From Octopus sinensis (taxonomy: Eukaryota): a DNA stretch of 64,000 nucleotides. The position numbers and the translations under genes are program-made. The notes under the pieces were generated by a model. It searched no databases and was not told the origin of the DNA. It saw only the letters and a program-made list of their open reading frames with translations. Below are positions 40,386-53,393 of this stretch, piece by piece (within the stretch, counting starts at the first letter, position 1; every line of letters begins with the position of its first letter). Where the stretch lies: NCBI RefSeq assembly GCF_006345805.1, contig NC_043014.1:20894001-20958000 (forward strand), given 5' to 3'.

Positions 40386-43034
40386 TGGAGCTTGGTGCAA
40401 TTGTTTAACCCCAGGTCAGACTTGATTGAGAAGACTTATGATCAATGGCAATTCCACCAGTTACCATCTCAACTCCATCCACACACACATAATGCATACA
40501 GAAGAACATTAACAGATGAGTTTTTAATTTAAGATGGCGAGGTATGATTTGAAAAAGATTTTTTTTTTCTTCCAGGCAGTTCTAACAACCACAAGGAGTT
40601 TCTTGTTATTAACTGGTCATTCAGCGGTAAATCGATAGTATGGAAAAGGACTTCTTGGCTCAGCCCACCTACTTTCTCCATGAAGGTAAAACGGTAGTAA
40701 GTATTGCGAAGGGATAAACTAAACGAGTGTTTCTCTGGTTAGAAGAACACGGGAAAATACTGAAGAAACTCTGCAACTAGTGTTAAAGTATGCGTGAATA
40801 AACAACACTTAATCCAAAAGACTCAGAAAGCAAATGTGTTATAGCATATAGTAAATGTTTCGTTGAGTCTCTCTCCCTACACATCCGCCGAAGTCCCCTT
40901 TGTCCAGCTTCCGGTTGGGATGTCGAAATAACGGTGGAGCTTTGGAATGGCTATCGCTATTTAATGGAGAACAAACTTAGCAAGGGCAAAAGTGCTTTTT
41001 TGGATTGAATTTTTTGTAGAAAAAAATACTTTCGGAATGTTGTACAAAATATAGAAATACTAAAAATGAAGGAAAACACCAAATTCCTTTCCATATGAGG
41101 TAATAACAGCTATTTTAAAAACTCCGCAGAAATAACTTCGCGTACAAATAAATAGACCTATGTTGGTTTCCCCGATAATTATTCTAGTTGTTCGATGATC
41201 CGAACTGTATTCTTGTGGAAGTTATCAAGTATTCCATGACTGTTTGTACCCTTGACATAATGTCTACAGAATTGGTGCAATATACTGTGGGACAAGGCTG
41301 GCCCTATCAAATACAAGTACAGTCCACCTATCAGCCATGCGCAGTTACCGTCTACGCTATTTCATTCATAACTTGAGGAATATGGTAAATGATCGCCAGA
41401 TGCCATGCAATAGGATCGAACCCTCGACCTCTCTGCAAAGCGAACTTAGCCTGAATCTCTTTTATAAAAAAAAAAAAAAAAAATTATGTGCGGATACAAA
41501 ACATCAACAAATGTGCTTACATATATATGTATGTATGTGTATAAACATATCACTGTGTGTATGTACATATATATATATAAATGTGTGTATGTATGTATGT
41601 GCGCACACAGTTTTAGCAAAATCAAAACATAATTTCATCTGTCCATTCACCGCCACCATCACCTACCAACCTTTGAATGTGAATGTAGTTGTTACTGAAA
41701 ATCCGATACTTACATTCGAGTGTCTAATTAATAATTACAATATCTCTCCCAAACTCTCCTTCGAACCGTCTTTCGTCATCAATCTTTCTTTCTTTCTTTC
41801 TCTCTTTCGGAGGCTGACAACAATTAAAGTGAAACATATAAACTAGTGCCTCCGTCTACTGATAGTTTTTGTGGAAATATATGTAAGAGGAGGCAACTCT
41901 CGTTATAAAGTTTTTTTTCTATAATTTATTTATTTAGTTAATATTTACATTGACGAAAACTGTGGAAACGACGGTGTGATGAACTGAATACTTGACTGAT
42001 ACTTAGTAATTACATCAATTTACGTTCAGAATTCGAACGTACATATTATTCCTACGAGATCAATTCAAATAACACAGCAGGTATTATTTTAAAGGTTAAG
42101 TCGCATGAACGGAACTTTGTTACTTCTTTTATATAGATCTAATTGCTAATAAATGTTAGAGATAAATTTCATCACTAGTTAGTGCTAAAGATTAACTTTA
42201 AAAAATACTACTTTATTTAAAGACTAAAACTTGACAAAACTCATGTAGTTGAGATACTATTCGGAGAATTAAAAAAATTTTTTTTAAATATTATTACGGA
42301 GACACACACACACACACACACAAACATATTCAACGAGATTCTTTCCGTTTCCGTCTACCAAATCCACTCACAAGGCTTTGTTGGTCCGAGGTTATAGTGG
42401 AATACACTTATCCAAAGTGCCATGCAGTGGGACTGAACTTGGAGACATGTGGTTAGAAAGCAAGCTTCTCCCCACACAGCCACGCTTAATTTCTTTTATT
42501 TTGGCAAGCGGCTTGGCTATCTGAGACATTGGGTTAATATTGAAAGCATTACTCTGTGGAAGAGACATTTTGCCTTTTAAAAATACATAACCATCCATGA
42601 CCGTCACTTGCAAGCGAGTATGACTCGGTAACATACAGCATACCTTAGCAAGTCTATGTACTGGCAGAATTCTTTGCACGCCGAGCAAACTACTGAGCGA
42701 CGTTTCGTCCGTTTTTAATTCTGCTGAGGTCAACTTTGACTTTCATCCTTTTCGATAAAAAAAAAAAGAAGAAAAAAAGGAGCGGTCCAGTACTGGGGTC
42801 GATGCAACAGACTATAACAGTTGGTTTCGACCCACGTTTTGCCACATAGTAATCACAAGCTGATCGTATACGCAAATCCCATTTCAATCCAATCAGTTTT
42901 TTTATTAACCATGAGGTTGAGAAAAAGAGAGAACGATACGAGGACAGACAAAACAAACATTGGGGTCAACGGCATTTCTTCACGTGATAGTCTTGTGGCA
43001 TGACTGTGAGCAGAGCCTACAAATACAGCTCGTT

Positions 43035-43600
43035 TTAAGGCAGCGAGCTGGCAGAGACGTTAGCACACCGGCCGGAACGCTTTGCGGTATTTCGTCTGCC
43101 GCTACGTTCTGAGTTCAAATTCCGCCGAGGTCGACTTGCCGTTCATCCATTCGGAGTCGATAAATTAAGTATCAGTTACGCACTGGGGTCGATATAATCG
43201 ATTTAATCCGTTTGTCTGTCCTCTCTGTGTTTAGCCCCTTGTGGGTAGTAAAGAAATAGGTATTTCGTCTGCCGCTACGTTCTGAGTTCAAATTCCGTTG
43301 AGGTTGACTTTGCCTTTCATCCTTTTGGGGTCGATTAAATAAGTACCAGTTACGCACTGGGGTCGATATAATCGACTTAATCTGTTTGTCTGTCCTCTCT
43401 GTGTTTAGTCCCTTGTGGGTATTAAAGAAATAGGTATTTCGTCTGTCTTTATGTTCTGAGTTCAAATTCCGCCGAGATCGACTTTGTCTTTCAGCCAACC
43501 TTTCGGTGTCGACAAATTAAGTACCAGTTGCATACTGGGGTCAATCTAATCGACTGGCCCCCTCCCCCAAAATTTTGGGCCTTGTACCTAAGAATAAAAA
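43035..43600 (+). mobile_element. Nin/Deu-like SINE with three tandem ~173-bp internal units
   Basis: One 5' head, then GGTATTTCGTCTG...TTCTGAGTTCAAATTCCG recurring at 43086, 43259 and 43433, and one 3' end. Confidence 0.85.
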
Positions 43601-45829
43601 ACATACAACTCATTAGAGCACGGAAACTTCAGGCTGATCCGTTCCTTGGTAGATTTACTCTCGCCGCATAGCTGTGTCTTCTTTTTGTTTTCTTTTTTTT
43701 TTTTTTGGCTACGTATTCAACCTGGCGCATTAAAGAAAGAAACACACTACGGTAACACGGCAATACGAATATATATATCGATGTGTAAAAATTAGTCCGA
43801 ACGTTGAATTTCTGACGAAGATTTCCTGAACTTGTAAAATACACCATTCCATCTGAATATTCTCCTTCGTGTATTGCACGAATACTCTCTGTATTAATGT
43901 AGCAATAAATACAACCATGCACATAAAGCAAACGTTCTCCTTGGTTACGCTACAAGATTTTCCCCACCCCTCAAAAACTGCTGACCTTGTGCCAAAAATT
44001 TAAATTTATTTATCAGAATTTAGCTAATTGTTTAAGCTAACCTATGTTTTTACAAACAGACATGCACTCTGGCCCCTCACTCTCCACTCAGCGATACATC
44101 CGGAATACATCACTGGGTCAGGAAACAGACGAGTGCACCAGTACACGACTGGTACTTATTCTAGCTGAACTGGAATGACATGAAATAAAGTACCGCCTCA
44201 AGGACACAACACCGGTACAGGAATCGAACCCACAACGTAATGATCATTAATCCAACACCTTGGCCACTAGGCCTCATTCTTTCATCCAGACCACATAACT
44301 GTATTATTCATTTTCAATTTTCATTGATTTTTATTTTCTTCAAGAAATAAACGAAAGGTGAACATATGCTTGTCCATGTTCTCATATGTCTAAAACAATT
44401 CTTTCTGGGTGTTGTTACTTAAACACAACAGCAGCAGAAATAGTTGGCAGTCCCCAAACACTTTGAAATCGAAACCGAATCATTGTACTCACATTTAAAA
44501 ATCCCTGAATAACAATAAGCGGGATATCGTCGAAGATTAACGTCGATAAGTGACTAATCCGTTCAAGTTTGAAAATACCCCGCGAGGTGGAGTGGTTGCT
44601 GCAGCGTGTGTCACTGACCACTCTCCACGGCAACGCTACCGTGGTCATTACTGTGGGGCACGGCTGAGCAAACTGTTTGTTTTGTGGTATGTGACCCAAC
44701 GCCTTCACTTCCCCTTCCATCTTCCACTGCTTTACATCCTCATACCTTTTTGCTTTTCTTTCTTTTTCATCTCTTTTCTTTCCTGTTTCTTTGTATTTAA
44801 ATGTTCTAATGAAATAAAAATGTTTCATTTCACACAAGTCAATAAATTTTTAAAAAATTAACGTTAAAAATAAGGTTTTTTTTTCTCTTTGTGGGAGGTT
44901 ACCAGTGCCTAGTTAACCATCAAATTACATTAGACGTAGCAAATGTTTAATTTACTGAATCCCAGTTTCCACAAACAAGCACACCACGGCTATATATTTA
45001 CTGTGTTTTGGTTACTAGGGATCAGTGGTCGAAGGACAGTAGTAGTGCATGCCTTGAACAGGTTAGCTATGGGTCAAGACCAATGGTTGGCGATGACAAT
45101 TACGAAGCTAAAGTACCGAGTTGCTTGAATCACACACATACACAAAGACGGCCACTGTTATATCTGCTCTAACAACATCTCTTACAAACTTTGAACTATT
45201 TAATTTGGTGTAAACATATCTCCTGTCGTTGGTAATTATGACAATACACAGGTTGATTAACTATAAAAATAAATATTTTCTACTCAAAATCTCAACGGAA
45301 TTCATGTTCTTTTTATCAACACTAAACTCAATCAAATTATTACACTGATGACGACCCAAAAATCAGAAAAAATCTTTTCGTCACAAAGCTAAACCAATTG
45401 ATCTACAAACAAATTTTCAAGGACCCGTGATGTATAGTAGTGCTTTGTTATCCATGTAATCAACTGTTGCCTCATGTTTACTCTTGTGCTCTTGTGTTTA
45501 AAGAAAAAATATATAATTATTCACTTCCATGGTGTCAGTGTGACAAATAAGAGGAAATAGGGTGTTTTGTGGTCTTTAATTAGGTGTTCTTACGTTCTGC
45601 GTTCAATACAGCGACGGTGAGGGTAGCTAGGATATGGACTCAGAACACAAAGATTTGAATTTCGACGGAGGTCGGAGGTGGTGTTGGTGGGGTGGAGTCA
45701 ATAGGATACCAACCAAATATTAGGGTTAATTTTTAAAAAATCATGTAACTACACTTAAAAAAACACAGATCTAGTCACATTTTCTTTTAAAATTTTAATT
45801 AAGGTATCTTAATTATGGATGAAAGAGTG

Positions 45830-46345
45830 ACTCCGAAATGATTGGAACCGGGGTATTATCCCCCCATTCTGGAAACGGAAGGGCAACAAGCTTGTCTGCA
45901 GCAACCACAGGGGCATCCCTCTCCTAACCATCCCGGTCAAGCTCTTTACCAGGGTCCTCTTCAGTCGCACTCGTCTTGCCATTAGAAGCAAACATCGCCC
46001 ACAGCAAACCGAATTCATGCCGATCTTATTTTTGCCCTTCACCTCGTCATTGAAAAGTTTCGTAAGTTCCGCAAAGATGGTCACCTCTACACCGCCTTCG
46101 TCGATCTTAAGGTGGATCTCAACATGGTCGACTACGCATCCCTCTGGAAAATTCTCAAACTCGTTGGCGTGCCTCCGAGGATCACCACCCTGTTCCAACG
46201 GCTCTATAACAACGCCGAGAGCTGCGTGCGAGTGAACGGAAGGACTTTAACTGATTCCCCATCAACAGTGGGATCAGAAAAGGCTACGTGGCCGCCTCAA
46301 CCTCTTCAACTGTGTCATCGATTATCTAATGACCAAGGTGTCAGA
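45830..46345 (+). mobile_element. Non-LTR RT fragment (RTE-like), frameshifted
   Basis: DWNRGII, SNHRGIPLLTIPVKLFTRVL, LYTAFVDLK, and SLWKILKLVGVPPRITTLFQRLY. Confidence 0.8.
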
Positions 46346-46700
46346 AGACGTGTCACCCACCTTCGTCATGCCAAGTTCATTGTGCAGAATATTTTCAAAT
46401 TTCTCCCGAGATACGCTAATAACATTGGCTATTTGATTCCTAGTCACTTGCCTGTCATCCATCAACATTTGGTGAACACGATCAATGTTTTCTTTTCTGA
46501 TAGCAGTTGCAAGTCGTCCAAGCATTTGGTCATCCTTTACACCCTGCCTTCCCTTCTTAAACTCAGTTGTCCACTTTTGCACTGTTGATAAAACTGGAGC
46601 GTCATCCTCGAATGTAGCAACCATTTCAGAATAAATGTTCTTGGGAGCTAAACCTTTTCTTGAAGATAGTTGATAACACCGCAATGCCAAATTTAGTCAA
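46346..46700 (-). mobile_element. mariner transposase N-terminal (HTH) fragment
   Basis: KGLAPKNIYSEM..DDAPVLSTVQKWTTEFKKGR..DD..GR..ENIDRVHQMLMDDRQVT..IANVISVSRE..ILHNELGMTKV. Confidence 0.75.
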
Positions 46701-47658
46701 AACAGAAACAAACAATGCTGTTATTAATAATAATGAAAAAAAAAAAGCCTCAAATTTATAGAGGCAAGATTTCACAGCCCAAACTAGTAAATATTTTTGA
46801 AGTCTGATTTGAAGTATTATTCTATAGGACATTTTATGCCAAACCGCTAAGTTACGAGGATGTAAACAAACTAGCACCAGTTAACACTTACGCGCGCACG
46901 CACATACATACATACACATTGCACACACACACACACACACACATACACACACACACATACATACATACACATACACACATACACATACATACATACACAT
47001 ACACGCACACGCACGTGCGTACCACTGATCTTTACCAATTCATTCCATTTCTAAATTGTATATTTTGTACGATGTTAAATAAGAGTTAATTCTTGTCATT
47101 TTGAGCCGAGGGATTGTTGGACATGTTATGAAATAAGATAAAAATCAAGCAACTTTATTTAACGTAAATGAAACATTAAACTTTCAAGGGAAGTCACTCT
47201 ATAAACAATTTAAGAGTTGTTTCCCTTTGTCCACTTCTCATAATTTATGTGTGTGCATTTTACTGAATTTGTTGTAACGTAGGCCACGTTTACATTTGTG
47301 TGTGTGCATTGATTGTATCTTTGTATTGTCACTGTCGCAATAAAATGAGGCAAGGATCTGTAGTGTTGGTCAAATTTTCTCCTGTTCTTTCTATTCTCTC
47401 TCGCAGTGATTTACGTCTTCTCGTCCCAGAAGTTTTCTTCCTTTTTCTTACCGCCCCCGTTCTTTTTTAAAGTTTTTTTTATTAGTATATTTCTTAGTAT
47501 TAGTATTTTTTTTTGTTTTTTTTTTTATGACCCCAGTCCTTTTTCTAAAGCCTGGTGCTTATCCTATCGGCCTCTTTTGTCGAACCGCTAAGTTATGCAA
47601 GCATAAACACACCAGCGCAAGTTGTCAAGTGGTCGTGGGGAACAAACACATATAAAGC

Positions 47659-48109
47659 AATAAAGGTGGCTAGACATAATATAAAACCAAAAAGGAATAA
47701 ATTCAACAGTAACAGTGACTGAGGGGTTAAGGAGCACCTACATTGCTAGAAACAAGAGTCAAAGACCCTCATAGCCACAAACATAGCACAAGTTGATGTA
47801 CTGACAGGGGAGTTAACCGCCCCAGGCGAGGGAGGATACTATTATGGCAAGACAATTTCGCTTAACATTAAAGCTCATCAATAATACTAATCCATCGCTG
47901 ATGGTTAAGCCAAATCCTACCTGTCAGAATTGATAATTTTACTACAAGAATCACTGGGTGATTCAGCAAAATGGCAATGTGAAATTATAAAATAATAAAG
48001 GTGGCTAGACACAATATAAAACCAAAAAGGGAAAATTCACTTGTCACTACTAGTGACTGGGGGTGCCAGGTAAGCACCTACATTGCTAGAAACAAGAGTC
48101 GAAGACCCT
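47659..48109. repeat. Pair of ~112-bp direct repeats, 335 bp apart
   Basis: AATAAAGGTGGCTAGACA...GCACCTACATTGCTAGAAACAAGAGTC.AAGACCCT at 47659-47769 and 47994-48109. Confidence 0.8.
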
Positions 48110-48111
48110 TA

Positions 48112-48145
<34 letters not shown>

Positions 48146-48524
48146 TATATATAATATATATATATATATATGTATTTATATATACATACATACATACATA
48201 CATACATACTCACACACACACATACACACATATACATACATACATGCATACATGCATACATGTGTGTGTGTGTGTGTGCACGATGGGACTCTCTCAGTTT
48301 CCGTCTCCTAAATCCACTCACAAGGTCTGAGGTTATAGTTGAAGACGCTTGCCCAAAGTGCTACGCAGTGGGACTGAACCCAGAATCATGTGATCGGGAA
48401 GCAAACTTACAACACGGCCACGCCTGCGCCTGTAGAATCTTTAATTTTGATTTCAAGCTTTGGCCTACTTCTTTTATATTATTTTTAATTACTTGCAATT
48501 TCTTATTCTCGATATTCTCTTTAC

Positions 48525-48758
48525 TCTTTTACTTGTTTCAGTCATTTGACTGTGGCCATGTTGGAGCACCGCCTTTAGTCGAGCAAATCGACCCCAGAGC
48601 TTATTCTTTGTAAGCCTTTTATTCTATCGGTTTCTTTTGCCGAACCGCTAAGTTACGGGGACGTAAACACACCAGCATCGCTTGTCAAGCGATGTTGGTG
48701 GGGACGAACACACACACACACACACCACACACACACACGCACGCACGCACACACACGC

Positions 48759-48793
<35 letters not shown>

Positions 48794-48960
48794 CGACGGG
48801 CTTCTTTCAGTTTCCGTCTACCAAATCCACTCACAAGGCTTTAGTCAACCCGAGGTTATAATAGAAGACACTTGATAAAGGTGCCACGTAGTGGGACTGA
48901 ACCCGGAACCATGTGGTAGTTAAGCAAGCTACTTACCACTAAGCCACTCCTACGCCTATA
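48525..48960 (-). mobile_element. Full-length tRNA-derived SINE (CORE-like)
   Basis: Same blocks as 39622-40000; further partial copies lie at ~36385-36550, 42330-42490, 47530-47650, 48280-48430 and 49180-49400. Confidence 0.85.
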
Positions 48961-49473
48961 TTGTGTATTTTATTCTGCTTTCTTTTTTACGACCATCTTT
49001 CTTACACAAAATTCGTCGATTCAACGGTTGTTCATATATTTTTTTCTCCTTTACGGCCAATCCCCACACGCTTCTCACTGTGTACCATTATTTTTGTAAA
49101 TGCTTGCCCAATCAGCTACAAATGCCTATTCGATGAACAGGTATCAATAAACACTTATACATATTCTTTTTTCTTTTATTCTTTTATTTGTTTCAGTCAT
49201 TTGACTGTGGCCATGCTGGAGAACCGCCTTTAGTCGAGCAAATCGACCCCAGAACTTATTCTTTGTAAGTATAGTACTTATTCTATCGATCTCTTTCGCC
49301 GAACCGCTAAGTTACGGGGACTTAAACACACCAGCATCGGTTGTCAAGCGATATTGGGGTGACAAACACAGACACGCAAACATACACACACATGCATATA
49401 GATACACACACGCGCGCGCGCGCGCATATATTAATAAAAAACCCACTAATAAAAAATTTTCTTTTATTATCAC

Positions 49474-49520
49474 AACTATCTGACGAACGATCACATGAAA
49501 CTCTGAATTGAGAGTTTATG
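49474..49520 (+). ncRNA. Hammerhead-like motif, degenerate (stem I 3' strand missing)
   Basis: AACTAT-CTGACGA-ACG-ATCA-CAT-GAAA-CTCT-GAATTG-AGAGT; homologous to 54686-54731. Confidence 0.45.
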
Positions 49521-49799
49521 AAGATTTTTCGGCTGTAATAAAATAGTGTGTGTGGTGGGAGTCTGTGTATGTGTGTGTAAATATATACATATCTACCACT
49601 ATACTCTACCAAAAAAGACATCCTTCAGGGCGATACTTTATCAGTACTACTCATTGCAGTCTCATTCAAACCCCTGACATGCTTAATCTTAAATCACTAC
49701 AGTAATAGGAATGGTTCAAATGAAATCAATCGCCGTTTCTTTATCGATGTTCTGAATCAGTATGGAGTATGGGCCAAATATTAACCATCTCAAAAAGTA

Positions 49800-50580
49800 A
49801 CTGGATCTCATAACCCAATTCGCCAAAGATATCGGAATGAAATTTGATGAGTTCAAATGTACATTTTTGAACTGATCACTGTAAGAACCCATTGAGATAG
49901 ATGTTCGAATTCGCACCGCAGCTCAGTGATACAAGAGGCTTCAACATAAATGCATATGTAGATAGATTATAACTCTCAAGAAAGGATGGTGGCCATGGTC
50001 TCAAATCTTCGTTAACGTCATGCGAAGCACGTATTGTGACACTGAAGCAACATCTGCAGCAGAGAAAGAGACTAGTAACTATCTTGCCGAAGTTTGTGAC
50101 CGTGAAACCAACAACATAATTAAGATGGTTGATAAACTTGAGGAGAGTTGATACAGATCTCCCCACAAGGACCATTGATAAATTCTATTTATGAAAAAAT
50201 ATATATGAGAATTAAAAATAGACCAGTTCACTGAAAAGATAATATATGGGTACTTGACACAAACCATAGAAGGAAGGAATTGATCAAATCAAAAGCTTGA
50301 CATGGAGTACCGCTATGTTTATGACATTTCACTTCGAAGGCTTCCCTCATGCAATTGAAGAACAGGAGACTCCCATCAAGTACTTGAGGCATAAGGCAGG
50401 AAACATTGACAGAAAACAAATGTAGACTGTGCAAGACTGAGCCTGAAGATATCAACAGCATTATTGCCAACTGCGAGAGAATGTCTTCCAGGTATTACCT
50501 TCTGATGAGGCATAATGCTGCGGCCAGAACAGTCTTGAAGAAAACACAACTTCTAAATTCATACACTAAAAATGTCTGGG
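49800..50580 (+). mobile_element. Decayed C-terminal fragment of an RLE-type non-LTR retrotransposon
   Basis: DRL*LSRKDGGHGL, HFEGFPHAIEEQETPIKYL, and the CCHC-like CRLCKTEPEDINSIIANC...YYLLMRHN. Confidence 0.6.
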
Positions 50581-51700
50581 ACTATAAAAATCTGTAATGA
50601 ACGAAACAAGATGCTTTGCTTCAAAATCTTGCTACATACATACATACATACATACATACATACATACATACATACATACATACATACACTCACACACAGA
50701 CACACACATGCATACACACACACATACATACATGCATATATGCTCGCATGCATGCATACATACGTACACTCACACACACAGACACAAATACATACATACA
50801 TACACTCAAACACACAGACACACTAATACATACATACATACATACACACATACATACATACATACATACACACATACATACATATGTCAGAAGAAAGAAA
50901 CAATTTTACAGACATTTCACTCTCCCAGGTAACACTGATTACACCCATACACCGATCTACCTATACCGCACCTATATACAATTTATTACCTGATAATGTC
51001 TCCCTCACCGGATACCCGCCTATCTTCTTGTAACGCCTTTTGACCTTCTGTTATCACCCTCTTTGTCATTTTAGTGGACTCTGCACACTGGCTGAAGTTA
51101 ACAATTGATATCACAACAAATTCATTCTCTTCTTGTTCGTGTGCACACCTTCGCAAATTAACGGCCTTCGTAAACACGACTGTATTAGACTAATCTTACA
51201 GAAGATATCACACCCACTTGTTCTCTGTAGATTTTACACACTCCCAGAGGGAGACTTTATCTATAAACTGCTTAGATAATCTTAATTGATCAAAATTTTT
51301 TCTCTCTTTATAATGCATTTATGACAGCCTATATAATACTTTTATTTATCATACAGGAAGTTCCCCTAGGGTATCTTCTCTCTCCCTTCCGGTTGATATT
51401 CCTATGAATACATTCGCCTCTCACCCACCATGTGTGTGGGTATGTATGAAGATATGTATATGTATACATGTGTGTGTATTTGTATGTATGTATGTATATT
51501 ATTATTGATGGACACTAGGGTCAATGTTAGCGATTTACTCCTTCCCCGAAATTACTGGCTGCGTGCCGATATTTGAAACCATTATTATTATTATTATTAT
51601 TATATTATTATTATTTTATTATTATTATTATTATTATTATAGGGAAAAGTTGCCTAACAGTGGTTTTATCTCTAATTTAATTTATACACACACACACACA

Positions 51701-51782
<82 letters not shown>

Positions 51783-51789
<7 letters not shown>

Positions 51790-52355
51790 CAAATGAAATA
51801 AATGAAAAACAGGACACAAAGGATGCTATGGTACATATGTTTCGGGCTTTATAGAACAACTTATTCTTACATCAATGCATAATCGACATAACAGATAGTT
51901 CAAAAGCCTTCTTCGACCGTGTGCAATTGCTACACCAAAGACTTGTATCCCATTATAAAAGGTTTGAGAAAAAACATTTGGTATTGTTTATAATTCCTTC
52001 CCTTACATGAAGGAATCTACCCAGTATTCATTCTATATCGAGTGAAAAAACGGCATGGACGATTTGTTTTGGAGTCTAATAATACCATGTACGCCTATGA
52101 AGATTTACAAACATACTTTCCCAGTGATACTCGGTTTACCTACCATTATAAACAATACCAAATGTTTTTTCTCAAACCTTTTATAATGAGATATAAGTCT
52201 TTGGTGTAGCAATTGCACGCGGTTGAAGAAGGCTTTTGAACTATCTGTTATGTTGATTATGCATTGATGTAAGAATAAGGTGTTCTATTAAGCCTAAAAC
52301 ATATGTACCGCAACATCCTTTGTGTCCTGCTTTTCATTTATTTCATTTGATACAT
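51783..52355. repeat. Inverted repeat, ~210-bp arms with a ~150-bp spacer (MITE-like)
   Basis: Arms 51783-51993 and 52145-52355 differ at ~13 positions by manual count. Confidence 0.85.
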
Positions 52356-52422
52356 ATATCCTATCACCTATGCTACTAGCTGGCATATACAGGTGCTTAC
52401 ATTTATCAAGTGTTCACCCTGA

Positions 52423-52424
<2 letters not shown>

Positions 52425-52464
<40 letters not shown>

Positions 52465-52484
52465 ATATATATATATATATATAT

Positions 52485-52522
<38 letters not shown>

Positions 52523-53063
52523 GATAGATAGATAGATAGATAGATAGATAGTTAGTTAGATAGACAAATACAGACAGACGTTCATACATACATAAACATA
52601 TATATTATATACATACATATATTTATGCCTATCTATCTCTATATATGCGCGTGTGTGTATGTGTGTGCGCGCGTGTGTAAAGGTAAGATCCAAGGATCAA
52701 TAAGTAGGGAATTAGTGAGCTTTAAGCAGTCCGTAGAAGATATATAAAAAAATAACTTTCATGAACAATAGTGGCTTATTGGCGCAAAAGTCTGTGAATT
52801 TTTATTACATCGAATTACGATAACCCGAAAAAAGGATATATTCACGGTTAGCAAATGGGGTTACTGTATATGCGAAAATATATCTCAAAGTTTGGGAAGA
52901 AGAAGAAGAAGCAGCAGTAGAAGAAGAAGAAGAAGAAGAAGAAGAAGAAGAAGAAGAAGAAGAAGAAGAAGAGAAGAAGAAGAAGAAGTGTAAAGTGGGG
53001 CGGGTGGGGAGAGAAGGTTCGGAATTGAAACTGGGTGGGGAAATAGATATATATTATAATTTT

Positions 53064-53133
<70 letters not shown>

Positions 53134-53135
53134 CA
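52425..53135. repeat. Compound microsatellites (TA)n, (GATA)n, (AAG)n
   Basis: Direct reading of the sequence. Confidence 0.9.
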
Positions 53136-53393
53136 TAAGTGGGCTGCGGTTCACCTTTTTTTCTGGGGTTCACTACATCTGTTTCATACGTGTTTTTTAG
53201 TGATGAAAAATCAATTACATCATTTAAAAAAACGTTTTCTTCAATTAGACTGAAATTAGAATAAAATTTAACATTTTCACACAATGAGTATCAAAATGTA
53301 TATTGAATCATATCGGTGCAAATAATTATATATATAAACAGAAATGTGAATTAAGGTGGTAAGAAATAGTTCTCGAATACCGGAGGTAAAGTA

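Noticed and set aside
43810-43835. CTGACGA motif
   Set aside because: No stem II or GAAA follows, and no stem I.
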